Part shown: one piece after another, positions 57,017-64,000 of the stretch
How positions within the stretch are numbered: position 1 is the stretch's first letter
Layout: every line of letters begins with the position of its first letter
Source: an uncultured Gammaproteobacteria bacterium
Lineage (GTDB): Bacteria > Patescibacteriota > Microgenomatia > Daviesbacterales > UBA10151
Assembly (NCBI GenBank): GCA_964392925.1
Contig: CAYMRP010000002.1
Coordinates: 72,759 to 136,758 of the forward strand
DNA length: 64,000 nucleotides
Reading direction: 5' to 3'
The notes under the pieces: model-generated
Told to the model about the DNA's origin: nothing
The model's database searches: none
The model's input: only the letters and a program-made list of their open reading frames with translations
Program-made: the position numbers and the translations under genes

Positions 57017-57091
57017 CAAAAATTCCACTGGAAGTTTTGACGGGTCAAGCACTATGACCGCCGGAGGCGGAATACAATATCAATCTTGACC
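57017..57091. repeat. composite element copy 1: palindrome AAAATTCCActGGAAgTTTT + inverted repeat GGGTCAAG...CTTGACCC enclosing CCGCCGGAGGCGG hairpin
   Basis: mirrors arrangement at 58398-58470. Confidence 0.6.
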
Positions 57092-57135
57092 CAGTAAAAT
57101 ATTTGTAAAAAATTAAAAGAAAGGAGGAAATAAAT

Positions 57136-57375
57136 ATGGTTGACATAAAGAACGGATATGATTGGGATTTTAGCCTAAGTGCTTCAACCCAAAAGCCCAG
57201 AATAGATTTAGATAAAGAAGCTCAAAAAATGATGGATGGGATAAGAAACGGATCTCAATCCCAAGTGGATTCCGCTAAAGAAGCCCTAAAAAGGTTTGAA
57301 CTAATCAGAGCTACTAATCCAATTGATAGATTTCAAGCTGGAAGAGTAGACAGGAAACCTCAGGCTAAAAAATAG
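57136..57375 (+). CDS. hypothetical small protein (79 aa)
   Basis: strong SD aaaggagg; N-terminal KNGYDWDFS motif shared with next ORF (DDSYDWQPS). Confidence 0.55.
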   Translation: MVDIKNGYDWDFSLSASTQKPRIDLDKEAQKMMDGIRNGSQSQVDSAKEALKRFELIRATNPIDRFQAGRVDRKPQAKK

Positions 57376-57467
57376 GAGCACAAGAGCTCGCTTGTCTGAG
57401 CAAAGAAGATAAAAAGCTGGAGGGGATATCAAAGGAAATATCCCCTCCAAAAGAAAGGAAAATAAAA

Positions 57468-57872
57468 ATGAAACATGAAATAGGAATGTGTGATTTTGAT
57501 GACTCGTACGATTGGCAGCCATCAAATAAAAAGAATGATAAACCAGATTTACCAAGGGGTGTTAAAGCTACTCCAAGTATTTCTATTGAAACTCGGGAAC
57601 CAGTTCCTGCAGCAACTAAAAGAAATGCCATCAGCTTAGCTGAATGGGTAATTAAAAATAGGGACGCAAACTCTCTGTCTTTCGGCGAAAAAACCGCCTG
57701 GAGCCAGGGAATAGGTTTCATCAAAGAAAGAGATACGCTTAACAGCGCAACAAGAGTTGATACTCAAACTTCTGATACTGAAACTATAGAAATAAAGGCA
57801 AAACCATTAGAGCAATTTATAACTCCCACAGCTTCCCCAGCTGCTAGCCGAACTCTTGCCCTCGCCCTCTAA
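57468..57872 (+). CDS. hypothetical small protein (134 aa)
   Basis: SD gaaaggaaaa; shares N-terminal YDW motif with preceding ORF. Confidence 0.55.
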   Translation: MKHEIGMCDFDDSYDWQPSNKKNDKPDLPRGVKATPSISIETREPVPAATKRNAISLAEWVIKNRDANSLSFGEKTAWSQGIGFIKERDTLNSATRVDTQTSDTETIEIKAKPLEQFITPTASPAASRTLALAL

Positions 57873-57883
57873 AAACTGACTAT

Positions 57884-58234
57884 ATGACCCGCAGAAAAAA
57901 TCCAGAATGGAGTGATCCTACAGCAGAAGCAGCAATTTCAAAATTAAGTTTTGCTGGGAAAGAAAAAACATCCAAACCACCTCCAACAAACTACCAGGGA
58001 GTCGAGTTTTTAAGCAGATTTAATACTCCGTCTGAATCAAAAGAAAGAAGGAGATTAATCAAAAATCTTAATAAAGAAATTGACACTCTCTGCAAGGATG
58101 ATCCCATGAGGATTGAGCTATCCAGAAAAAGAGCAAGGCTTGAAGCCCAACAATTCGCCTCCAGAGTAAGTTCAGATGTTTTTAAAGAAAACAGACGCCA
58201 TCGCAAAGCAATCTTGCATTCACTACGCCCTTAG
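57884..58234 (+). CDS. hypothetical basic small protein (116 aa)
   Basis: Lys/Arg-rich, predicted helical; own ORF between island genes. Confidence 0.5.
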   Translation: MTRRKNPEWSDPTAEAAISKLSFAGKEKTSKPPPTNYQGVEFLSRFNTPSESKERRRLIKNLNKEIDTLCKDDPMRIELSRKRARLEAQQFASRVSSDVFKENRRHRKAILHSLRP

Positions 58235-58367
58235 TTTAAAATCTTTATTAATGACAACTTTCAGCACTCAAATTATGTCCTCCATTATCATTGTTAGCCC
58301 AATTATTGGGCGCAATCTCGGGAGGACTTTTTAGAGTAAAACTTTAAAAAGAAAGGCAAAAACCTAA

Positions 58368-58392
58368 CCTCCCGCAAGGGGGGCTTTTTTTT
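58368..58392 (+). terminator. rho-independent terminator (cctccc-gcaa-gggggg + T8)
   Basis: seen directly. Confidence 0.7.
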
Positions 58393-58397
58393 GGCTT

Positions 58398-58470
58398 GAA
58401 TGTCCAATGGACATTTAAGCGGGTCAATTACATTTAAGCCATCGCAGGATTGTAATGATGAAATTGACCC
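58398..58470. repeat. composite element copy 2: palindrome AATGTCCAaTGGACATT + inverted repeat GGGTCAATT...AATTGACCC
   Basis: same order and spacing relative to the preceding terminator as copy 1. Confidence 0.6.
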
Positions 58471-58847
58471 AGAAAGAAATTATGGCAGTATCACCTGAAA
58501 CACCTAGACAAATAAACCTAAAACAAAAAGTTGCTGTAGCCCAAAGCCTCTACCTACCAAAGGATGGGCGAGCAGAATTGATGCGCGCCAGACTTAAACA
58601 TGCTCCAGATGGAATAGAAGACGGTGTTACTGGTTTTGAACTAGATTCATTAGGAGGAGTTCAAAAAATATACACCCAGGACAAAAAACAATGGTATGAG
58701 ATTTTCCTTTTTGGACCAATAAAAAACCGTGACAGAGAATTAATTGCTCAGTACTTTGGTTTTAATGAAAAACAGAATCAACAGGTCCCAGGTATCGATC
58801 AGGTTGGTCCTTTTAGAATAAGAAAAAATTATTTCGTAACAACTTAA
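58455..58847 (+). CDS. hypothetical small protein (130 aa; alternative start 58482)
   Basis: ORF begins inside the inverted repeat; second ATG at 58482 (MAVSPETP) may be the real start. Confidence 0.5.
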   Translation: MMKLTQKEIMAVSPETPRQINLKQKVAVAQSLYLPKDGRAELMRARLKHAPDGIEDGVTGFELDSLGGVQKIYTQDKKQWYEIFLFGPIKNRDRELIAQYFGFNEKQNQQVPGIDQVGPFRIRKNYFVTT

Positions 58848-58865
58848 AAGAAAGGAGGATTAATA

Positions 58866-59129
58866 ATGGATAGAAAAAATGGATTAGATGTCAGACCCAA
58901 CTTGCCGGTAGAAAATCAACCCAATGGAATTCCTGTAGTCCGTGCAGTCATCGATGCAGATGTTAGGTTTGCACTAGCGGCAGGAATTGATTATACAATC
59001 GATCCAATAACTACAGCATTGGCTAAAAATGGAACTTATTTAGCAGCACCACCGACTGATAGTGAAGTAGCAGCTGCTGTATTTTCAGGCTTAAATTACT
59101 CATTGCCCGGACCTAAAAAAACTCGGTAA
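58866..59129 (+). CDS. hypothetical small protein (87 aa)
   Basis: strong SD aaaggaggattaataATG. Confidence 0.55.
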   Translation: MDRKNGLDVRPNLPVENQPNGIPVVRAVIDADVRFALAAGIDYTIDPITTALAKNGTYLAAPPTDSEVAAAVFSGLNYSLPGPKKTR

Positions 59130-59293
59130 AAGTCCATCATTACGGGGGAACACGCCCAACTCCCTCGTAATGGCCAAACTCATCAAATTCTATATGACTT
59201 TGCAAGCGAAGAACTTACTCTTCGCTTACTGGATTTTTATATAAACCTATTTATTGCTGAGTACTATTAATATCAATTAGGAGGTGAGTTTAA

Positions 59294-59440
59294 ATGTCAT
59301 TAAGCTTTGGCAACATGAGCCCTTTAGTATCTTTATTATTTGGAATACTTATCTTAATTTTTCCAAAATTAATTAATTATCTTATCGCCGCTTACTTAAT
59401 TATTGTTGGATTATTAGGACTCGGAATTATTCAGGGCTAG
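59294..59440 (+). CDS. DUF3096-like small membrane protein (48 aa)
   Basis: MSLSFGNMSPLVSLLFGILILIFPKLINYLIAAYLIIVGLLGLGIIQG; SD ttaggaggtgagtttaaATG; below ORF-track cutoff. Confidence 0.55.
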   Translation: MSLSFGNMSPLVSLLFGILILIFPKLINYLIAAYLIIVGLLGLGIIQG

Positions 59441-59507
59441 CAGTAATAGGCAGTGAAAGATCTCTTGATTGCATAAGAACTTTTATCTGCCTATACTAAA
59501 TATCAAT

Positions 59508-59849
59508 ATGTTAACAATTATATTATTAGTAATACTGGCACTGGGATTTTCATACTTCTCTGCTTTTAATTCTCAACTAGCCACTATCACAATTCCTGGC
59601 TATGCTCAAATGGAAATTCCTCTCTATATTCTGATGGGTATCACCCTAGTTCTGGGACTTTCTTTCTTCTGGATCATTAGTCTAATCGATTCCTTAACTT
59701 ATTCTATGAAGCTTCGCGGCAAAGAACACACGATTAAAGATGCTAAAGCCACTATCCACGATTTAACTCACCGCATTAACCAATTAGAAATCGAAAACGC
59801 CAAACTAACTGAACGCACTGGAATAGTCAAAGATTCTAACTCTCTCTAA
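59508..59849 (+). CDS. LapA/DUF1049-like small inner-membrane protein with C-terminal coiled coil
   Basis: two TM helices then KATIHDLTHRINQLEIENAKL coiled coil; likely start MLTIILL at 59508. Confidence 0.5.
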   Translation: MLTIILLVILALGFSYFSAFNSQLATITIPGYAQMEIPLYILMGITLVLGLSFFWIISLIDSLTYSMKLRGKEHTIKDAKATIHDLTHRINQLEIENAKLTERTGIVKDSNSL

Positions 59850-59853
59850 AATT

Positions 59854-60393
59854 ATGAAAGCTTTGCTGATCAAAGCCTGGAATGTACTTAAACTCCCCAA
59901 AGGTTTACAAATCGCTGCTATGCGGATAACTCAGGACGAATTCTTAATTGGAGTCACCGGTGTAATATTAAATGATAAAAACGAAATCTTAATTTGCAAA
60001 CACACCTACCGCGGTGGAGAAAATTGGAGTTTGCCAGGCGGATATTTAAAAGGCAAAGAACACCCCAAAGAAGGATTGGCTCGCGAGATTGAAGAAGAAA
60101 CTGGACTAATTGTTAGAGTCGAGGAACAATATAAATTAAGAACTGATAGAGATACTGCCCGAATTGATATTTCCCTGATTGGTAAATTCATCGGCGGTGA
60201 ATTTAAAGAAAGCCACGAAGTCTCAGAAGCTAAATTTTTTTCTTTTGATAATCTGCCCCAAATCTCCCGTAATCAACTACTCCTGATAAATGAAATACTG
60301 GATTACAAACAAAAGGTAGCGGAGCCCGAGCTTAAAAAACCAACAAATTTAAATTTTTGGCAGAGAGTTAGGTTTGTAATAAAGGGAAAATAA
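59854..60393 (+). CDS. NUDIX hydrolase
   Basis: Nudix box GGYLKGKEHPKEGLAREIEEETGL. Confidence 0.8.
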   Translation: MKALLIKAWNVLKLPKGLQIAAMRITQDEFLIGVTGVILNDKNEILICKHTYRGGENWSLPGGYLKGKEHPKEGLAREIEEETGLIVRVEEQYKLRTDRDTARIDISLIGKFIGGEFKESHEVSEAKFFSFDNLPQISRNQLLLINEILDYKQKVAEPELKKPTNLNFWQRVRFVIKGK

Positions 60394-60807
60394 CTAAAAG
60401 TTACTTAAAATAGCAGCTGCTACTAATAGGCGAATCAATGCTTCAAAAGTTTGAACTGCTATTTTCTTAACAATCCATTTTCCTTCAGTGCCGCCAAATA
60501 TAACTGCGCTTACTTGAGCTGGCATCACAAAACCTAACCAAAAGAATGCCGCCATCCCATAAGCATTCCAGCCAGGCAAGTTATTAATGAATATTGCGAG
60601 TACTACAGTGCTGACTAGAGTTACTAAAAGCTGAACCCCATATATAGGGCCCATACTTTTCATCATCTTTTCCTGTGTTTCTTTAGATAACTTATCAAAT
60701 CCGTGAATTTTCCCCCAGAGCTTGCCGAAGAGGAAGGTATACCAAATAGCTCCAACTAAGAATTGGGCTGCAGTAGCGATCGCAATAGTTACAAAGTTAA
60801 GTTCCAT
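60394..60807 (-). CDS. hypothetical polytopic membrane protein (DUF1761-like)
   Basis: 137 aa, 4 predicted TM helices. Confidence 0.45.
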   Translation of the reverse strand: MELNFVTIAIATAAQFLVGAIWYTFLFGKLWGKIHGFDKLSKETQEKMMKSMGPIYGVQLLVTLVSTVVLAIFINNLPGWNAYGMAAFFWLGFVMPAQVSAVIFGGTEGKWIVKKIAVQTFEALIRLLVAAAILSNF

Positions 60808-60844
60808 AATCTAATAATAAATCCCAAAAAAATAATTTGCAAGT

Positions 60845-60931
60845 GCGGAGAGGGTGAGATTCGAACTCACGGTAAGCTTGCACCCACAATAGTTTTCAAG
60901 ACTATCTCCATAAACCACTCGGACACCTCTC
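60845..60931 (-). tRNA. tRNA-Ser (anticodon UGA), long variable arm
   Basis: GGAGAGGTGTCCGAGTGGTTTATGGAGATAGTCTTGAAAACTATTGTGGGTGCAAGCTTACCGTGAGTTCGAATCTCACCCTCTCCG. Confidence 0.85.
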
Positions 60932-60970
60932 CAGGCTCACTAATTCTAACAAATTTTGACCAGAAAATCT

Positions 60971-62167
60971 CTATTCTCTCTGTTTACTAAAATCTTTAAG
61001 AGTATTTAGTAATTTTTTAATATCTTTTTCCTTCAGAGCAGGGAAGTTTGCGACTCTCAAATGTTTATTCTTAAACCCGGAATATCCGGCCCCCAAAATT
61101 AGTCCTTTTTCGGCAGCAAACTTTCTTAGTTCGTCACTGCCCTTCAAAATTTCAAAAACAGGCGTTGTAGCCGATGCGTACTTCTGATCCTGAATGAATG
61201 ATGACCCCGTATATTGTGTATCCAAATAAGCGAAGCTTGCGGTTCTCGCTATAGGCTGCGATCCTAAGTCTTCGGGCCCAGAGAAAAAACTATAAAGCAT
61301 ATGAGCCTGATCATTTAAACGTTTTCTAATCTCTAAAATTCCAATTTTTAGAAAATCCTCGATAACATTAGCTAAAAGATAGATTCCGAGTACATTAGGA
61401 GTCTCATTTGTCTGAAAGTCATGTGATTTCTCAACTAATTTAAGCAAACTGTGATAAGACCCAACAGAATAATCTTTAATCTTAGATAACTTATTAGCTT
61501 TTTTGAGGCTATTTGGGCTCAAAATCAGTATCGATAAGCCAGCCGGCAGTCCAAAACCTTTCTGAACTGAGAAGAAAACAGCATCCAGGTATTGGTACTC
61601 AATATCAACATAAGGGACTGAGGAGACAATATCTAAGGCAAATATTTTTTTCGGATACTTTTGTTTTAGTTTATAAATCTGATCCATCGGAATAGAAAAT
61701 CCGGTAGACGTATCATTCTGAGTAATACAAACCAGTTCTACTTCTTTTGAAATTTTTGTTTTTTCTAGCGAAGTTTTAGAAATCTCATTTTGGTCCCAAT
61801 TAAAAAATACTGATTTTTCGGGGGACTTACCCAAGTCAGAAGCAATACCCATCCAGGTCTTCCCAAAATATCCGCTCAAAATATGGTGTGTGTTATTGTG
61901 CGACATCGACTGTGTTATCCGTTCCATGGCTTCTAGGGCAGAGGAGAGGACTACAATTTCATAATCGGCCGGTATATTCAGAAGTTTTCTTAACCCCACG
62001 TCCATTCTTTTATATATCTCTTTAAATTCTGACCCCCTATGAGAAATCGATAATACATCTTCTCTGATAGCATTTTTCACGATTTGAGGAACAGTTGGGT
62101 AAATTTGTGACGGACCGACAGTGAAATAGGTTTTTTTAATACTCTTTGAGGAAAGGGTTTTTGGCAT
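60971..62167 (-). CDS. serC: phosphoserine aminotransferase-like class V aminotransferase
   Basis: 398 aa; PLP fold type I, adjacent to serA. Confidence 0.65.
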   Translation of the reverse strand: MPKTLSSKSIKKTYFTVGPSQIYPTVPQIVKNAIREDVLSISHRGSEFKEIYKRMDVGLRKLLNIPADYEIVVLSSALEAMERITQSMSHNNTHHILSGYFGKTWMGIASDLGKSPEKSVFFNWDQNEISKTSLEKTKISKEVELVCITQNDTSTGFSIPMDQIYKLKQKYPKKIFALDIVSSVPYVDIEYQYLDAVFFSVQKGFGLPAGLSILILSPNSLKKANKLSKIKDYSVGSYHSLLKLVEKSHDFQTNETPNVLGIYLLANVIEDFLKIGILEIRKRLNDQAHMLYSFFSGPEDLGSQPIARTASFAYLDTQYTGSSFIQDQKYASATTPVFEILKGSDELRKFAAEKGLILGAGYSGFKNKHLRVANFPALKEKDIKKLLNTLKDFSKQRE

Positions 62168-62339
62168 TTTAGATGCATCCCTATTTAAAAATATCTATAA
62201 GAATTTGGCAATAGATCAACTTCAAAGCTCACCTATTTCTTTTAGTAACTATAGGTTTCTATACTATAGGGCATTTCTACCCTCGCTCCTCTCTAGGGTT
62301 GTTTTAAATTACTAAATTTTATATAGTACGCCAACATAG

Positions 62340-62849
62340 ATGTCGCGTATCGAAGAAGGTAATCAATACTCCAAAATTTCAGAAGGACCTAAAAGTGATC
62401 TCGGAGGCTATCTGTATAAAACACTCCTGGCTAGAGTTATTCCAGGCATAATATCAACAAGCGCCGCCTTAGAGCAATTTGCAGGACAACAACCTGATAC
62501 AACAGCTAGAAAAATGAGGAGTGCTCTCGGCAGACTGCCAATTATTGCTAGTTCCGCAGCCAAAGGCCAATTAGTAAAGGTTAATATAGAAATCGTTAGG
62601 TTACCTCACTCTGAGACAGCCGATACCCTAGCTTCGAGGATTAGTCGGCATGATTCAGAAATATATCCCGTCCCTTCAAGCATTACTAGAAAAATTCACA
62701 GACCCAAAGAAATTGTTTCAGACGGAATGGCTCGCAGTTCTTTGGTACATGGACTTGAAACTGTAGTTACCGAGGTTTCACATCCTGGATCAAACAGGAG
62801 ACTTTATACTGTAAGGTTGGTCGGAGTAGCTCGCCTGCGTGAAGATTAG
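62340..62849 (+). CDS. hypothetical protein (low confidence)
   Basis: 169-aa ORF between serC and serA on the opposite strand; atypical Arg-rich composition. Confidence 0.25.
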   Translation: MSRIEEGNQYSKISEGPKSDLGGYLYKTLLARVIPGIISTSAALEQFAGQQPDTTARKMRSALGRLPIIASSAAKGQLVKVNIEIVRLPHSETADTLASRISRHDSEIYPVPSSITRKIHRPKEIVSDGMARSSLVHGLETVVTEVSHPGSNRRLYTVRLVGVARLRED

Positions 62850-62850
62850 T

Positions 62851-64000
62851 TCAGTAAAGCACTCTTAAACTGATCGTTCCCTTAATTTTCTTAAGCTCCT
62901 CAATCACCCCGAGCTTATACTTTTTATCAATATCTGTAATAACATACCCCACCTCTTCGTTCGTTTTTAAATACTGCTCCAAAATATTCGCCCCGGACTT
63001 TGCCAAAACCTTATTCACTTCCGAAAGAATACCAGGTTCATTCTTATGCAAATGCAGCAACCGGTGAGCTTTCCCCTGCCCGGCTAAATTTATATTAGGA
63101 AAATTTACAGACAAATAAGTATTCCCGGAATTCATAAAATCGATTAATTTCCCGGAAACAAATTGGGCAATATTCCTTTGCGCTTCCTCAGTCGATCCAG
63201 CAATATGCGGAGTTAAAATCACATTAGGCAACCCTGCTAACTCAGTTACAAGCGGATCATCCTTTCCTTTTGGCTCATTTGGAAAAACATCAACCCCAGC
63301 TCCTCGAATTTTTCCTGATTTAATACTTCTGACTAACGCTTCTACATCAACTACAAACCCCCTCGCCAAATTAAGAAAAATTACTCCATCTTTCATCAAA
63401 TTAAAATGCTTTTCAGTAATCAGATTGGTATTCGTTTTACTATCGCCCGATACATGCACCGAAATAATATCTGACTTTTTAAAGACTTCTTCCATGCTGA
63501 CGGCTTTCCTCGCATTCCCTAAAGCTAATTTTTCAATTTTGTCATAAAACAAAACCTCCATCCCTAAACTCTCTGCTAAAACAGACAATTGAGACCCTAT
63601 ACTCCCATAACCAATAATCCCCAATGTTTTCCCCCTGATTTCATTACTGCCTTTGGCTGATTTATCCCAAATCCCCTGATGTGCTTTTACCGATTTATCA
63701 AAAATTCCTCTGGACAAAGCAATAATTTCTCCAATTGCCAGTTCTACAACTGACCGTGTATTTTGATAGGGTGCATTAAAAACCGATACACCAAACTGAA
63801 GCGCTGCCTCTAAATCTACCTGATCAGTTCCAATTGAAAATGTGCCTATTGTCTTAAGTTTTCGGGCATTATTGAGTACATTTTGACTAATCTTTGTTTT
63901 CGACCTGATTCCCAATATCGATATATTTTTTATTCGTTCTATAAGCTCTTTTTCATCAAGCGCTGTCTTTAAAGCCTCAACTTGGTACCCTTCTTTCTTA
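62851..64000 (-). CDS. serA: D-3-phosphoglycerate dehydrogenase, partial (N-terminus beyond window end)
   Basis: GIIGYGSIGSQ NAD-binding motif, catalytic His region; ORF runs off the window end. Confidence 0.8.
   Translation of the reverse strand, partial: KKEGYQVEALKTALDEKELIERIKNISILGIRSKTKISQNVLNNARKLKTIGTFSIGTDQVDLEAALQFGVSVFNAPYQNTRSVVELAIGEIIALSRGIFDKSVKAHQGIWDKSAKGSNEIRGKTLGIIGYGSIGSQLSVLAESLGMEVLFYDKIEKLALGNARKAVSMEEVFKKSDIISVHVSGDSKTNTNLITEKHFNLMKDGVIFLNLARGFVVDVEALVRSIKSGKIRGAGVDVFPNEPKGKDDPLVTELAGLPNVILTPHIAGSTEEAQRNIAQFVSGKLIDFMNSGNTYLSVNFPNINLAGQGKAHRLLHLHKNEPGILSEVNKVLAKSGANILEQYLKTNEEVGYVITDIDKKYKLGVIEELKKIKGTISLRVLY

Noticed and set aside
58455-58481. First ATG (MMKLTQ...) as the start of the 130-aa island ORF
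   Set aside because: This ATG lies inside the 3' arm of the inverted repeat and has no SD. The ATG at 58482 (MAVSPETP) preceded by agaaag is at least as plausible. Both are reported.
1-64000. CRISPR arrays, transposases, integrases, reverse transcriptases
   Set aside because: No regularly spaced direct repeats with unique spacers were seen. No DDE or tyrosine/serine recombinase motifs or RT YxDD motifs were found in any ORF. The repeats present are microsatellite-like or two-copy.

Overview
AT-rich (roughly 38-40% GC by eye), gene-dense window. It reads as the chromosome of a small-genome uncultivated bacterium, possibly CPR/Patescibacteria-like. That taxonomic guess rests on a short EF-Ts, prepilin-type pilin, an O-antigen-ligase/TPR fusion and mostly leaderless or SD-less genes, and it is not certain. 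Most of the window is housekeeping: glyA (partial), dnaX, ybeY, rpsU, tig, proS with a T-box leader, rseP, frr, tsf, rpsB, a thymidylate/dTTP operon (folA, thyA, two Dcd-family genes, tmk), pyrG, topA, a membrane-anchored Clp/Hsp100 ATPase, dprA, pbp2-mreD-mreC, pyrF/E/C/D, tdh-kbl, mreB, def-fmt, rpmB, rpmG, two PBPs, ilvE-like, rluB, serC/serA, and five tRNAs (Thr-GGU, Thr-UGU, Trp-CCA, Ser-UGA; two Thr genes share an identical 5' half). Accessory-looking content sits at 37-39.8 kb (tandem paralogous secreted proteins), 46.3-47.2 kb (tRNA-Thr 5'-half repeats flanking an HNH endonuclease), 47.6-52.8 kb (cohesin/dockerin-like protein, pilin, two clan-A glycosidases, repeated palindromes), and 56.8-59.5 kb (a compact island of about 7 small ORFs). 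The island differs from the rest of the window in having strong AAAGGAGG Shine-Dalgarno sites, a sigma70-like promoter, rho-independent terminators and two copies of a composite palindromic element. It includes a 30-aa hydrophobic peptide gene. This island is my best candidate for an undescribed system. Two short sequence motifs recur in unrelated intergenic positions: one upstream of glyA and of tmk, and a hairpin motif at the thyA start that also occurs upstream of rpsU. No CRISPR array, transposase or integrase was seen.
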